DNA of 64,000 nucleotides from Blastocatellia bacterium (GTDB lineage Bacteria; Acidobacteriota; Blastocatellia; UBA7656): NCBI GenBank assembly GCA_963832205.1, contig CAWHTK010000003.1, positions 54,764 to 118,763 of the forward strand, read 5' to 3'. Shown piece by piece: positions 19,985 to 30,143 of this stretch (position 1 is its first letter; each line of letters starts with the position of its first letter). The notes under the pieces were generated by a model. It saw only the letters and a program-made list of their open reading frames with translations, ran no database searches and was not told where the DNA came from. The position numbers and the translations under genes were made by a program.

Positions 19985-21184
19985 TCATTTGCCACCCTGC
20001 TCAAACGCTTTGCGCCTTGCCTCTATAGCTTTTGCCATATTCTCTGCCGGCAGAATTACTTTCCCTTCAAGAGATTCTAGTAACTCATCAAGACCGTCAT
20101 ACCGATGCAGCGGGAGTACCGTTTGATAATCGGAATAATCTTGGAACATCGCGTATTCAGTAGAAGAGGAATGTACCAGCGGTTGTATGGGCACCGAGGG
20201 CAAGTCAGGAACAATCCGCTGTAGCTCCTGGGGGATGCTCTTCGGGTCGGTGATGTCCGCGATAACGAATCGCGCCATATGGGCAAGGGTGGAAACTGTC
20301 TCGGTGAGGTTGCGGGTGGATGGTTTATCAAAATCGAATATGATAGGCAGATAACCCCGCTGGCGAAGGTTATTACGTAGGGCATCTAAAATAGCCTTTC
20401 GCTCGGGGGTGAAGCGGCCAAGTATAAGCACGGCCTTAGAGGTGACCGTATCAAGCACCTCCCTGATCTTTGGGTTGTTAAGCAGTATATAAATAAACTG
20501 CGCCACTTCGAGGTCGTCAACTGTGATGACAGGCTCATCATAGTCTGTTATTACCAGATTCTTTTGCTCAGTTCCTTCTAAGACTAACCCCCAGGCGGAA
20601 ACGCCAAAAATCCTGCAATCATTTATTACTGCCTTGCTGAAGTTTGTCTTTACTAATGAGGCTGCTGTGAGGTCAGCGCCGGTGAGGTCTGCGTCGTAGA
20701 GAATTGTGTGGGTCAGGTTTGCGCCGCTCAGGTTTGCGTTGGTGAGGTCGGTGTTGCTGAGGTCTGTCGCGTTCAGGTCTGCTCCGATGAGGTACGCGCC
20801 CCTGAGGTTTGCCCCGCTCAGGTCTGCTTTACAGAGGTCTGCGTCCCAGAAGTATGCGCCGCCGAGGTCTGCATTGCAGAGATTTGTGCCGATCAGGTTT
20901 GCGTTGCTGAGGTATGCCCCCCTGAGACTCGCACCGCTCAGGTCTGACTTACTGAGGTCAGCGCCGCTGAGGTCTGCGTCATTAAGGCGTGCATAACTAA
21001 GGTTTGCGCCGTTGAGGCGGGCATTACTGAGGTCTGTGCCGTTGAGGCGCGCGCCACTCAGGTCAGGCGTAAATATGCGGTATTCCTTTCTCCACTTGTT
21101 CCATATCTCTACGCCCTTCTTAAGTATCTTAAAGTGTTCGGCGTTAGGTGTATGCGCTTCCCTTTGAGGCGGTGCTGTCGTCAT
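19985..21184 (-). CDS. Pentapeptide-repeat protein with a C-terminal alpha/beta domain
   Basis: More than 25 A(D/N)LxX repeats after a WNKWR cap. C-terminal domain VLILGRF..GYLPIIFDF..FVIADITDPKSIPQEL. Confidence 0.9.
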   Translation of the reverse strand: MTTAPPQREAHTPNAEHFKILKKGVEIWNKWRKEYRIFTPDLSGARLNGTDLSNARLNGANLSYARLNDADLSGADLSKSDLSGASLRGAYLSNANLIGTNLCNADLGGAYFWDADLCKADLSGANLRGAYLIGADLNATDLSNTDLTNANLSGANLTHTILYDADLTGADLTAASLVKTNFSKAVINDCRIFGVSAWGLVLEGTEQKNLVITDYDEPVITVDDLEVAQFIYILLNNPKIREVLDTVTSKAVLILGRFTPERKAILDALRNNLRQRGYLPIIFDFDKPSTRNLTETVSTLAHMARFVIADITDPKSIPQELQRIVPDLPSVPIQPLVHSSSTEYAMFQDYSDYQTVLPLHRYDGLDELLESLEGKVILPAENMAKAIEARRKAFEQGGK

Positions 21185-21337
21185 GATCCCCCTCCTTTAA
21201 ACGCGTCCATTAATTTCACAGGCAAAGTACCCCGTTTCCAGTATGAGAGATATATAGTCTGTAACAGTGAGGGTGTGAAATTCGTCACAGCATCGAGATA
21301 AAATCTATTTTCCGCCGGTTTGTTATAATACGGGCCA

Positions 21338-21838
21338 ATGAAACTATTAAACGGAGAGCAAAAGCAAGAAGCATTGAAGTGGCTTGATGAAGCAGCAAAA
21401 GTAGCGGCTCAGTCTTTATGTGAACGGGCGCACTGTGGCTCGGTGATTGTCAAAGACGGCGAATTGATCTCTTCCGGTTTTAATTCTCCACCTCGGAATG
21501 ATCCAAGACTAAGAACCTGTTTGCAGGAGTACGACGTGCCCGCGGGGTTCCGACACGACCGCACATGCTGTATTCACGCTGAGCAGCGGGCAATTCATAA
21601 CGCTTTAAAAGCCGGCAAGGATCTGACCGATTCATCGATCTATTTTGTAGCGATCGATAAAGAAGGCCAAAAGACTATGGCGACCGATATGAAGTGTACG
21701 ATCTGTAGCCGTGCCGTGCTGGACGCGAGAATAAAAGAGTTTATTTTTTATTCTCCGGAAGGTATTCGCGCATATGATCCGGCAGAGGTCGATGCACTCT
21801 CCTACGAGTATAAAACCCCGCTCATCACGCGGGGATAA
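21338..21838 (+). CDS. dCMP-deaminase-like zinc-dependent deaminase
   Basis: SLC...GSVIVKDG...GFN, HAEQRAI and CTIC zinc motifs. Confidence 0.85.
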   Translation: MKLLNGEQKQEALKWLDEAAKVAAQSLCERAHCGSVIVKDGELISSGFNSPPRNDPRLRTCLQEYDVPAGFRHDRTCCIHAEQRAIHNALKAGKDLTDSSIYFVAIDKEGQKTMATDMKCTICSRAVLDARIKEFIFYSPEGIRAYDPAEVDALSYEYKTPLITRG

Positions 21839-21863
21839 GTCGCCACTGTTGTTTTATTCCTAA

Positions 21864-21892
21864 TTGACTCCGGGGTTCATCCGGCATAGAAT
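21864..21892 (+). promoter_or_regulatory. sigma70-type promoter for the tandem 17-aa peptide genes
   Basis: TTGACT-N17-TAGAAT, 68 bp upstream of the first ATG. Confidence 0.65.
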
Positions 21893-21960
21893 CCGCCGTG
21901 AAATAGAGCGCAGGCAGTTAATCCCCGCTCTGGTACACCGTTGGTCAAGGAGAGAGGCTT

Positions 21961-22014
21961 ATGAAGATAAAAACCAGTGTCAAAGCAGGTGGTGATATAA
22001 GTACGCCTGGCTAA
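21961..22014 (+). CDS. 17-aa peptide MKIKTSVKAGGDISTPG (not in ORF track)
   Basis: RBS aaggag/gagg, ATG to TAA. 13/17 aa identical to the downstream paralogue. Confidence 0.8.
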   Translation: MKIKTSVKAGGDISTPG

Positions 22015-22050
22015 TCTTGTAGTGCGGTCTCTAGGAAAGGAGAAAACGCT

Positions 22051-22104
22051 ATGAAGATCAGAACGCATATAAAGGCAGGGGGCGACATCGGTACTCCAGG
22101 TTAA
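22051..22104 (+). CDS. 17-aa peptide MKIRTHIKAGGDIGTPG (not in ORF track)
   Basis: RBS aaaggag, ATG to TAA. 10 of the 13 conserved residues use a different synonymous codon from the paralogue. Confidence 0.8.
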   Translation: MKIRTHIKAGGDIGTPG

Positions 22105-22197
22105 TCCTCTGTCGCCTGCTGGATTATAGTTTCCGTGTTGCGGCTCCGGGCCTCGCGCTCCCATCTCAAGGCCCGGATACCTTCTACCCCTTCAAAC

Positions 22198-24387
22198 TCA
22201 TCTTACCCATCTGTCGGGGACCCATCCTTCCATCACCACAGAAGCGCCTTCAAGAACCCTTACTTTTAGTTTGCCAAGCCCGCTCTCAAGGATTCGGACT
22301 CTGGTGTTGCTATCGACCGAGAAGACTCTCCCCGATTCGACCAGGCTTCCTATTCGATTGGTGTCGTTTGCCGAGAGAGCGGCCACCAACTCATCCAGGG
22401 CCCGCTCGTCGGCAGCCATCATGATCGAATCGCGATTGCCGACCGCAACTCTCGCCTCCGAACCTACGGAGAGGTTACCTCTCGACGGAGATGCGCTGCT
22501 CTGACCTGTCGCGCCCGTCGCGGCAGGGTTTGCCGGATCGGAGGTCGATCTTCTTACAAGGGCTATGACGATCACAATCGAGATAGCGGCCAGGGCGATT
22601 ATCGCGTAGCGGTTCTTTAACAGAGCAGTCCACGATCTCTTACCCGCGCCCTCTTTTTCTTTTCGAGCCGCAAAGTAATCGGCCAGCGCCAGGCCTATGA
22701 CTAAACCTAAGCCGAATCCAAAAAATGTTGCTCCGAGCTTCTGCTGGAACGTGGTGACAAGGCGAACTTCTAAAAGGTGTTTGCCCGGTGGGATAGAGAT
22801 TAGTTGCGCGCCGTCGCCGTCGCTTGAGATCGGTGTGGCCTGTCCGTCTATGCTGGCGGTCCATCCGCGAAAGTTATAAGTCCTCAACCGCACCTCGCTC
22901 GGCTCGTGGACAAGCACGGCCATCTGGCGGTAGCCGGGCTCCCACTTTAGCACCTCGACTCCTCCGCCGCGCGGCTCTATCAAGACCGGCTCCGTAATCG
23001 GCATGGCCTGAGGGTTGGTCGACCCCAGTGGGGTAAAGCCAGGGTCCGCGTAATTGGAGGGGGCGCTCATTAAAGGGTTAGAGAGCGCGCCCGCGATGAC
23101 TGACCCGATTGAGACCCAGAGGGTAAGCACGATTGCCACGGCGAGCGCCCCGCGATAAACCCATGCCCGGCTTGGCGTGAGCCTTTCTCGGCCCCTTAGC
23201 AAACTAAAGGCTTCGCAGGCAACCAGGGTGCTGAAGAGGCCCGAAATGGCAAGCCATCGCCACGCGAAAGTCGCGACCTGTATCCTGGGGAGCAACCTTG
23301 ATATGTATATCGAAAATGCAGTGTTCATGACGGTTGTCACGACGCCGAGTATGATCCACAACCGGGTTTGCGTCTGGTGCGCCTCAACCGATTGTCTCTC
23401 ATCGGCCGGCGCGCCGTCCGGGACCGCGTCATCGCTCGCGGGCTTCGTCGCGGTTCGATATACGAGTATCGAGACTATCAGGATGACCGCCTGCAAAGTA
23501 AAAGAGAGGTTGATGAGATTGCCGAACCCTTCGACCGGCATCAGTGTGATGTAGCTCGAATGGTACGGGAACATGGCGCTGAAATGCTCCTGTATGTACC
23601 TTGTTTCGGTCGCGGCCGGGAGCCAGTAGATTGCGCCGACCATCAGTCCTATCGTCATTCCGACGCCTACACGGAATAGGACCCTCCAGTCTCTCACCTT
23701 GATAGCCCATACGAGCGCGTAAAAAGCTATCGTGTAGGTCATCAAAAAACTGACCGGCGCGTGCGTCATCAGGTACAGCCCATAGACAAGCCCGAGCGCC
23801 GCATAGTCGCGCAGCCGCCCGCGGGCGCCCAGCCTGTAGGCGAATAGGAGCACGAGCGGCAGAAAGACGAACCCGAAAAGCTGGGGCATCGCCCCCTGCC
23901 AGTAAAGATTGATTACGTGATAGGGGAGCGCCATATAAACGAGCGCGCCCACGGCGCTCGAAAGCCTCCCGTGGAACTCTCGCGCCAGTTTATAAAACGC
24001 GAACCCTGAAGCGGCGAACCCGATGATTGACGCGGCAAAGAGCGTCAATATCCAATCGTCGAAGATGAGGTTTATCAGCGACGCGAGGTAGTAGAAACCG
24101 GGCGGGTAAAAGTTCATCCACGGGCCGCCATACCCGTTGTTGTAATCGGGCAGCCAGCGCGGATAAATATTCCCGCTCTTGAGCACCTTGTCGAAATCCT
24201 GCATGACGGCGAGATGCTGAATCATGTCGTGCGTGTTTATAAGTTTTAGCTCTACGCCGTTGGGAGTTTGAACCGGGTGCGAAAGAAAGAACGGGCAGGC
24301 TATGGCCGCGCTCGCCGCGATGATAACCATGGCAACCAGGGCCCTGGCCAGAGGAGGGTTGATTTTTGGCGCTTCCGGTAGCTTCAT
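22198..24387 (-). CDS. PTPS-related/YfhO-like polytopic membrane protein (putative GT-C glycosyltransferase)
   Basis: YPRWLPDYNNGYGGP..FYPPG motif, many TM helices, C-terminal GWTASIDG..IPPGKH domain. Confidence 0.8.
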   Translation of the reverse strand: MKLPEAPKINPPLARALVAMVIIAASAAIACPFFLSHPVQTPNGVELKLINTHDMIQHLAVMQDFDKVLKSGNIYPRWLPDYNNGYGGPWMNFYPPGFYYLASLINLIFDDWILTLFAASIIGFAASGFAFYKLAREFHGRLSSAVGALVYMALPYHVINLYWQGAMPQLFGFVFLPLVLLFAYRLGARGRLRDYAALGLVYGLYLMTHAPVSFLMTYTIAFYALVWAIKVRDWRVLFRVGVGMTIGLMVGAIYWLPAATETRYIQEHFSAMFPYHSSYITLMPVEGFGNLINLSFTLQAVILIVSILVYRTATKPASDDAVPDGAPADERQSVEAHQTQTRLWIILGVVTTVMNTAFSIYISRLLPRIQVATFAWRWLAISGLFSTLVACEAFSLLRGRERLTPSRAWVYRGALAVAIVLTLWVSIGSVIAGALSNPLMSAPSNYADPGFTPLGSTNPQAMPITEPVLIEPRGGGVEVLKWEPGYRQMAVLVHEPSEVRLRTYNFRGWTASIDGQATPISSDGDGAQLISIPPGKHLLEVRLVTTFQQKLGATFFGFGLGLVIGLALADYFAARKEKEGAGKRSWTALLKNRYAIIALAAISIVIVIALVRRSTSDPANPAATGATGQSSASPSRGNLSVGSEARVAVGNRDSIMMAADERALDELVAALSANDTNRIGSLVESGRVFSVDSNTRVRILESGLGKLKVRVLEGASVVMEGWVPDRWVR

Positions 24388-24460
24388 CTAAAACAGCAGT
24401 CTGGCGCTCCAGACAATTGCTGGTCGCTCGTTTATTAAGTTCCGCGCGCGTGTCGACCGT

Positions 24461-25905
24461 TCATGCTTTCGGACGACAGACGAGGATGAACTGATAGCCG
24501 AGCAGTTTCTTCCTGATTTTTGTTAAGCCCCAGTTGATGAGGTGTAGAAAGCTGAGAGGACGCCCCTTGCTTGTGGAGGGCAGAATCAACGGCAGCGGAA
24601 TCGGCGTGACGCTGGTGCTGACCACGTCCAGGCCCGAATCGCTCGCGAGCTGCTTTGCGGTCTTCAAGGTGAAGAATCGCAAGTGCGATTCGTCGAGTAT
24701 GCCGACGCGGCTGTAGTTGAAACGCCCGAAGAGCAGATTGAGCCGCACCCAGATATTCGCGATGTTCGGTAAGGATATTAGGATCTTTCCGCCCGGTTTA
24801 AGGAGGGCGCTCATCTTTTCGAGCACCGCGCGCGGGTCGCGCAGGTGCTCGAGCACGTCTCCGAAGATGATGGCGTCAAAACGACCAAGGTTTTCGATCT
24901 CCATTGTCTCGATGTCGCCCACGACCATGTCTCGGCAATACTGTCGGGCCAGCTCGGCCATCTGCGGGTCCTGCTCGATGCCGGTTATCGCGCACCCGCG
25001 CTTCGCCATCTCTGAGCTGAGATAGCCGGTGGCCGTGCCGATTTCGAGCACCTCGGGGGGCGCTCCTGCTCTATCCAATTTATGATCTGGGAGTGGCTGC
25101 TGTAAGGGTCGGCCTTTTTATGGACGTATTGTTCACCCCTCACGTCGTACTTCTGCTCGTATGTGAGTCTGGCTTTGTGCAATCTGTACCTCACTGCTGA
25201 TTTTACGCAATTAAACGCATACGCGATCCCGTTAACGTAACATATCTCGTCGCCGTAATAGGTCGGTATCGGCCGCTCGGTGATGCGCAGCCCCGCGTCG
25301 TGAAACTGTATAAGTATGTCGGTGTCGAAATGCCATTCGTTCGAGTTGAGCAGGAAGGGAACTCGCTTGAGCGCTTGGCAACTGTAGAGGCGATAGCCGG
25401 AATGAAACTCCGACAGCTTCAGCCCGACGATGCGGTTCTCCATCCAGGTCAGGATTTTGTTGCCGACAAACTTATAAAGCGGCATGCCCCCCGCGCGCGG
25501 GTCGCACCCCGCCGCCATGCGCGAGCCGAAAACCATGTCGGCTTCGTCCTTTTCAAGGGGCTCGAGCAGGTCGTTGAGGACTTCGGGCGCGTACTGGCCA
25601 TCGGCGTGCAACATCACGACTATGTCGAAGCCTCGCGCGAGCGCGTACTGATAGCCGGCCTTCTGATTGCCCCCGTACCGAAGGTTCTTGGGATTGCGAT
25701 GGATCGTCAGCTTGTCGAGCTGCTTTACGTGCTTGTAGCCGAGCGCCGCATAGTACGTGTTATCCGTCGAGCAATCGTCGAACAGGAAGACCTCTTCCAC
25801 CTTCTCCCACACGTCCTTGGGGATGCGGTCAAGCGTCCAGTCGAGCTTATGAACAGCGTTATAAGCGATTACGAATATACCTATGCGCTTCTTTTGCAAC
25901 TGCAT
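24461..25905 (-). CDS. GT2 glycosyltransferase fused to a class I SAM methyltransferase (frameshift near 25060)
   Basis: DDCSTD, HADGQY and GSR in ORF 24985..25905. VLEIGTATG and DVLEHL in ORF 24461..25078. The frames join at a G/C run. Confidence 0.85.
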
Positions 25906-25989
25906 TCTATGATCCTCTTTTGATCCGCTGACGAGTGGACTGTGGACCGTAAGAATACCAGCTTTTTACCGGCATGAAAATATGGAAAT

Positions 25990-26853
25990 CTATTGCGGGC
26001 TGATCAATTCGCTCACGTGGCCGATCAAGCGCTCGGTGATCCTTTGCGGGTCGTCATCGTCATCGCACAATCGACCACGCTCGATGGCGGGGCCAAACGT
26101 GACGCTGACCGAAACAGTTCGATAAGCCGGGACCACTACCTGGAGCAGCGCCGCGAATCTCTCGCGGTCTTTTTCCGCTCGTCGCAGCTCGGTGATCGGG
26201 TGATTTCGGGCCGTGGCGCAAACGACTCCACTCACGATTGCCGGTACTATCCGCACGTCGCTGACCTGTCGCGCGAGGACCCCTATGCTCTTCGACCACC
26301 CGCGCAGCGACAGCTCTGCCGCCGCGAGATCAAAAGCCGGGTCCGGCTCTATCTCGCCCGCGGGGAATATGAGCACGGACCCGCCCGCGCGCAGATGCGT
26401 CGTTATGCGCCGGAAGATCAAACTCACGCCCCTGTCCAGATATAACAGGTGTTTGCTCGTATTCGAGAGCGCGCGAAGGAATGGTCGATCAATCGCGACG
26501 ACCCGCAGATCGTCGCGCGGGTAGGAGGCGAAGATCGCGACCGTGTCGAAGAGCCCCGGGTGGTTCGCCACCACCAGCAGCGGCCCTTCGGGCGGGACAT
26601 TCTCAAGCCCCGAAGCCGTCCACGCCCGCACGTATTGCTCTAAAATCCACTCCGCCCCTTCGCGTAATCCGCGCGAGCCTACTAGCTCGTCGAACTCAAC
26701 CATCTGGCGCGCGAGCCTTCGGGCGGCGGGCATGAAAAAATACTCTATAAGCGGCTTTCCGAGCCGCAGGCGTTCGAGGCCGACGGCCTCCATCATCTCT
26801 TGAAGGTTTATACTCGTAAGCGTCTTGAGCGTGGCGCTGCCGTTCGTCTCCAT
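25990..26853 (-). CDS. PlsC-like acyltransferase
   Basis: NHPGLFD (HX4D) and IFPAGE motifs. Confidence 0.85.
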   Translation of the reverse strand: METNGSATLKTLTSINLQEMMEAVGLERLRLGKPLIEYFFMPAARRLARQMVEFDELVGSRGLREGAEWILEQYVRAWTASGLENVPPEGPLLVVANHPGLFDTVAIFASYPRDDLRVVAIDRPFLRALSNTSKHLLYLDRGVSLIFRRITTHLRAGGSVLIFPAGEIEPDPAFDLAAAELSLRGWSKSIGVLARQVSDVRIVPAIVSGVVCATARNHPITELRRAEKDRERFAALLQVVVPAYRTVSVSVTFGPAIERGRLCDDDDDPQRITERLIGHVSELISPQ

Positions 26854-26856
26854 TCG

Positions 26857-29800
26857 TCACGTCGTCAATCGCGTGTATATGCCCGGCAGTCTTTCGGGCA
26901 GGCTCAGCACATCGTCGATGATCGTATATCCGACCTCGCCGTACATATCGCGCAACTGGTCTTCAGACTCCCGGTCAATGGTGATACAGAACGGAGTGAT
27001 CCCCTCGATGCGCGCCTGCCTGAGCGCCATCCGCGTGTCTTCGCGGGCATACCGGCTGTCGCCGTAATCATGGTCGTAGGGCCTGCCGTCGGAAAGGACT
27101 ATGAGCAGTTTCGTCCGCGCCTCCTGATGGACCAGCCGGGTTGTCGCATGGCGAATCGCCGCCCCGAGCCTGGTGTTATTCTGATAGGTTACGCCGCCTA
27201 TTCGCCTCTCGATCTCGGCAGAATAGCTCTCCTCGAAATCTTTTATCACATAAAACTTCACGTTGCGCCGGCCCTCGCTCGTGAATCCCTGCATGGAATA
27301 AGCGTCGCCCACGGATTCGAGCGCCTCGCTCATCAACACCAGCCCCTCCTTCTCGATGTCGATAATGCGCTGGCCGGATGGGGCGTATGGATTTCCCGGG
27401 TTGCCGCGGCCTATGGTCCGCGCCGTCGAGCTGGACATGTCGAGCAGGAATGACACCGCCACGTCCCGCTCGCGCCTCAGCTTTCTGGTATAAAGCCGGT
27501 CGTCGATGAGCCCGCTGCTTCGCTTATCGAGAGCGTAATCTATGACCGCCTGAAGATCGTAGTCCTCGCCGTCGATCTCGCCTCGAATCCGCCGAAGGTT
27601 CTCGGGTCGCAATAGCTGGAACTGATACCTTATCGAAGAGATGATGCCTGCGTAGCGGCTGCGCACGAGGTCTACGAAGCTGCGCGACCCGCGCGCGCCC
27701 GCGCGCTCTATGATGCGGCACCAGCGCGTGCGGTAATCGCCAAGCTCGCGGTCCCACTCGTCATAATAAAAAGCCTTATCGCCCTTCTCCAGATCGTGCT
27801 CGGACGTGTCGCCGCCCATGTCCCGATTGTACATGTCCTGATCGGTCGTGACCTCCTGGGTCTGCCCGCTGGTCCAGAAACTGAACGGATCGTCGCGTAC
27901 GTCGAGCTGCTGCCGCTGCTGGGTCTGCTGAGCCGAAGCGTCGGCGACCGACGGCTCGCTCCCTTCGCCCTCTCCGTCCCCGCCGCTCTCGCTCGAATTC
28001 TCGTTTTGCGAATCGCCCTTCGAAGGCTGTTCTATGAAGTAGTCGTAAACATGCCGCGTGGCCATGAGCGAATCGGCGACCCTCGCTTCAGGCTGAAAGA
28101 CGTATGCCGCGAGTATTCGTTCAATCTCGCCCACGACGGTCGGATAAGTGCGGCGCGCTTCGGGGGTGACGCCGCCGCAAATGGCGATCTCGAAAAGCAG
28201 CTCGAACGGAATAAGCTCCAGCGGAATGTCCGTGATCTTCGGCCTGCGCTCGATAAGCCGCGCGCGGACGAAATCGAGGTCGCGGCGAATCCCCCGGTAG
28301 AGGTTCCTCAGAAGAAAATCTATGCGGCCGTTTTCGATGGTCGTAAAGAGCCGCATCGCCAGCTCTTTGTTCGGGTACTCCGAAAGCACCGATTCGAAGT
28401 TTATCCCCGTCGCAAGCGCCGCCTCGCCGCCGCGATCACCCGCGGGGTCTAGACTGCTTGCGCCGCCGTTTCGTTTCTGTGCGAAGGCGGCCCTCGTTTC
28501 GGCCATCGCTGCCAGGGTCTCGGGCGCATCCTTCGCGTAGGTGTCGAACTCTATCTGGCCAGCCGCGTGTGCCGCGAGCACCTTAAAAAGCCGAAAATTG
28601 TCCTCCTCGGATTTCGAACTCGGCGACAACCGACGGTAAGTAAATTGTCCTGCCGTCGCCTATCTTTGCTTCGTCCGGAATCGTGGCGAGCGATGCCACG
28701 TGCAGGGAACGACCCGTCAGCCCCTCGACGTACAATCGCAGCGTGTGCGCGACGACATCGAGCGTGAGCCCGCCTTCCACTTTAAAGAGCGCCTCCTGGC
28801 TCGCCTTCGATTCGAGCGCATAGTATGCCTGGGTGCGGCGAGAGCTTTCCGGCTGCTTCTCGATTCCGCGCCGCGCCCATTCGCGAAACTGGCCCAGCGA
28901 GGCGGACCCGAGCGCGAGCGGGCTCGCCTTAAAGCACTCGACGGCGGCGGCCGTGTTCTTTTCGGCGATCTCTTCGACCACTTCAAGCACCGCGCTCACT
29001 ACCTGCGAGCGCCTCTGCGGGCCGACGCGCGAGGCGAGATCGGCGATAACCTGCGGGCTCTGCTTCATAAAATGATAGCTCGCGGCGTTCCCCTGTAGCG
29101 CCACGCGCTTTGCCAGCGCCGTCCACCGCTCGAAGGACTCCTCGCCCGCCATCAATAACACGCGGCCGGCGGCTTTGAAGTACTGCAAGGCCACCCCGCC
29201 CGACCTGTCGAGATACGATTCCGTTATTGCGAACAGCTTTTCTAGCGCCCCCGGGCTCGCGCCGCGAATTATCTCTGGAAGCTCCGCGAAAAACTCCGTA
29301 GCCGTCCCCCCGGATCGAAACGCAAAAGTCGAAGTCAGCGCGAGCGAGCGCGTGACAATTCCTTCGTCGGCCTTCCCCGAGCTCTCCTCTATCTGGGCGA
29401 TGACGCGCGGCGCGGCCAGTAACAGGTCGTTGCTGTGTTTGACGGAGTGGCGCGCAAGCTCAAGACATATAGTCAATACTTGAGCGACGTGTTCGTGGTC
29501 GGCTATTGCGCTAACTGTCTCGGGCGAGCAATTGAATGTCTCCATGGCGGTGCTGCTGGAAAGCGCCGCCTGTTTGTTGACGAGACGCAGGATGGGCGAG
29601 CGAAAGTCCTCCGGGATCGCCCCGAGCGTCGCCGCGCTTGCCTGGAAGAAGCGCATGGCAGTTTCGGCGCTCGTCGCCGAAAGCCGTTTCCCGACTTCGC
29701 CCCATACGCGCATGTCGCTGCCGTCGATGAGCTTGCAAACGTCCGGCGCGGCCTTCAATAACTCGACCGACGCGCGAAGATTGCTCGCCGCAAGCGAGAT

Positions 29801-29938
29801 GCCTATGTCTGTTATGAGCAAGACCCGTTCGTAGGGGAGTACGCCAAGCCTTCTGGCTATAACTTCCAGGGTGGAAGCGGCAATGCCTTTAAGCGGCGTC
29901 TTGAGTCTGATCCTTACCTCTTTTTCCATCGATCCCAT
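26857..29938 (-). CDS. NorD/CbbO-like VWA-domain protein with long helical N-terminus (frameshift near 28610)
   Basis: [25 protein letters not shown] and LSDGRP motifs. DGRTIYLP at the end of ORF 28583..29938 joins ORF 26857..28629. Confidence 0.85.
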
Positions 29939-30143
29939 CGCTCGCTACATAATACCAGAACTATATCGCGCCGGATAAATCGATCACCATTTGATGTTTG
30001 ATATGCCAGGAATCCGCTTGTACATGATAGATAGATGAGTTACAAACTTCGTCGGAAAGCCCAGGCCCTACCGCTTTCGGCGGAGATCAAAGGTCAGCAA
30101 AACTCTCAACAAGGCGACATGCCTTGCCATCGAGGAGGCCCGC

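Noticed and set aside
20640-21065. Tandem DNA repeats resembling a CRISPR array or VNTR
   Set aside because: The 15-bp periodicity is the coding pattern of pentapeptide repeats. No repeat-spacer structure and no cas genes.
21931-21945. Possible sigma54 promoter TGGTAC-ACCG-TTGGT before the mini-peptides
   Set aside because: Spacer is one base short, the -12 GC is missing, and it is too close to the RBS.
21877-22164. 95-aa minus-strand ORF in the track
   Set aside because: No recognisable features. It is antisense to the two plus-strand peptide genes, which have RBSs, a promoter and synonymous conservation.
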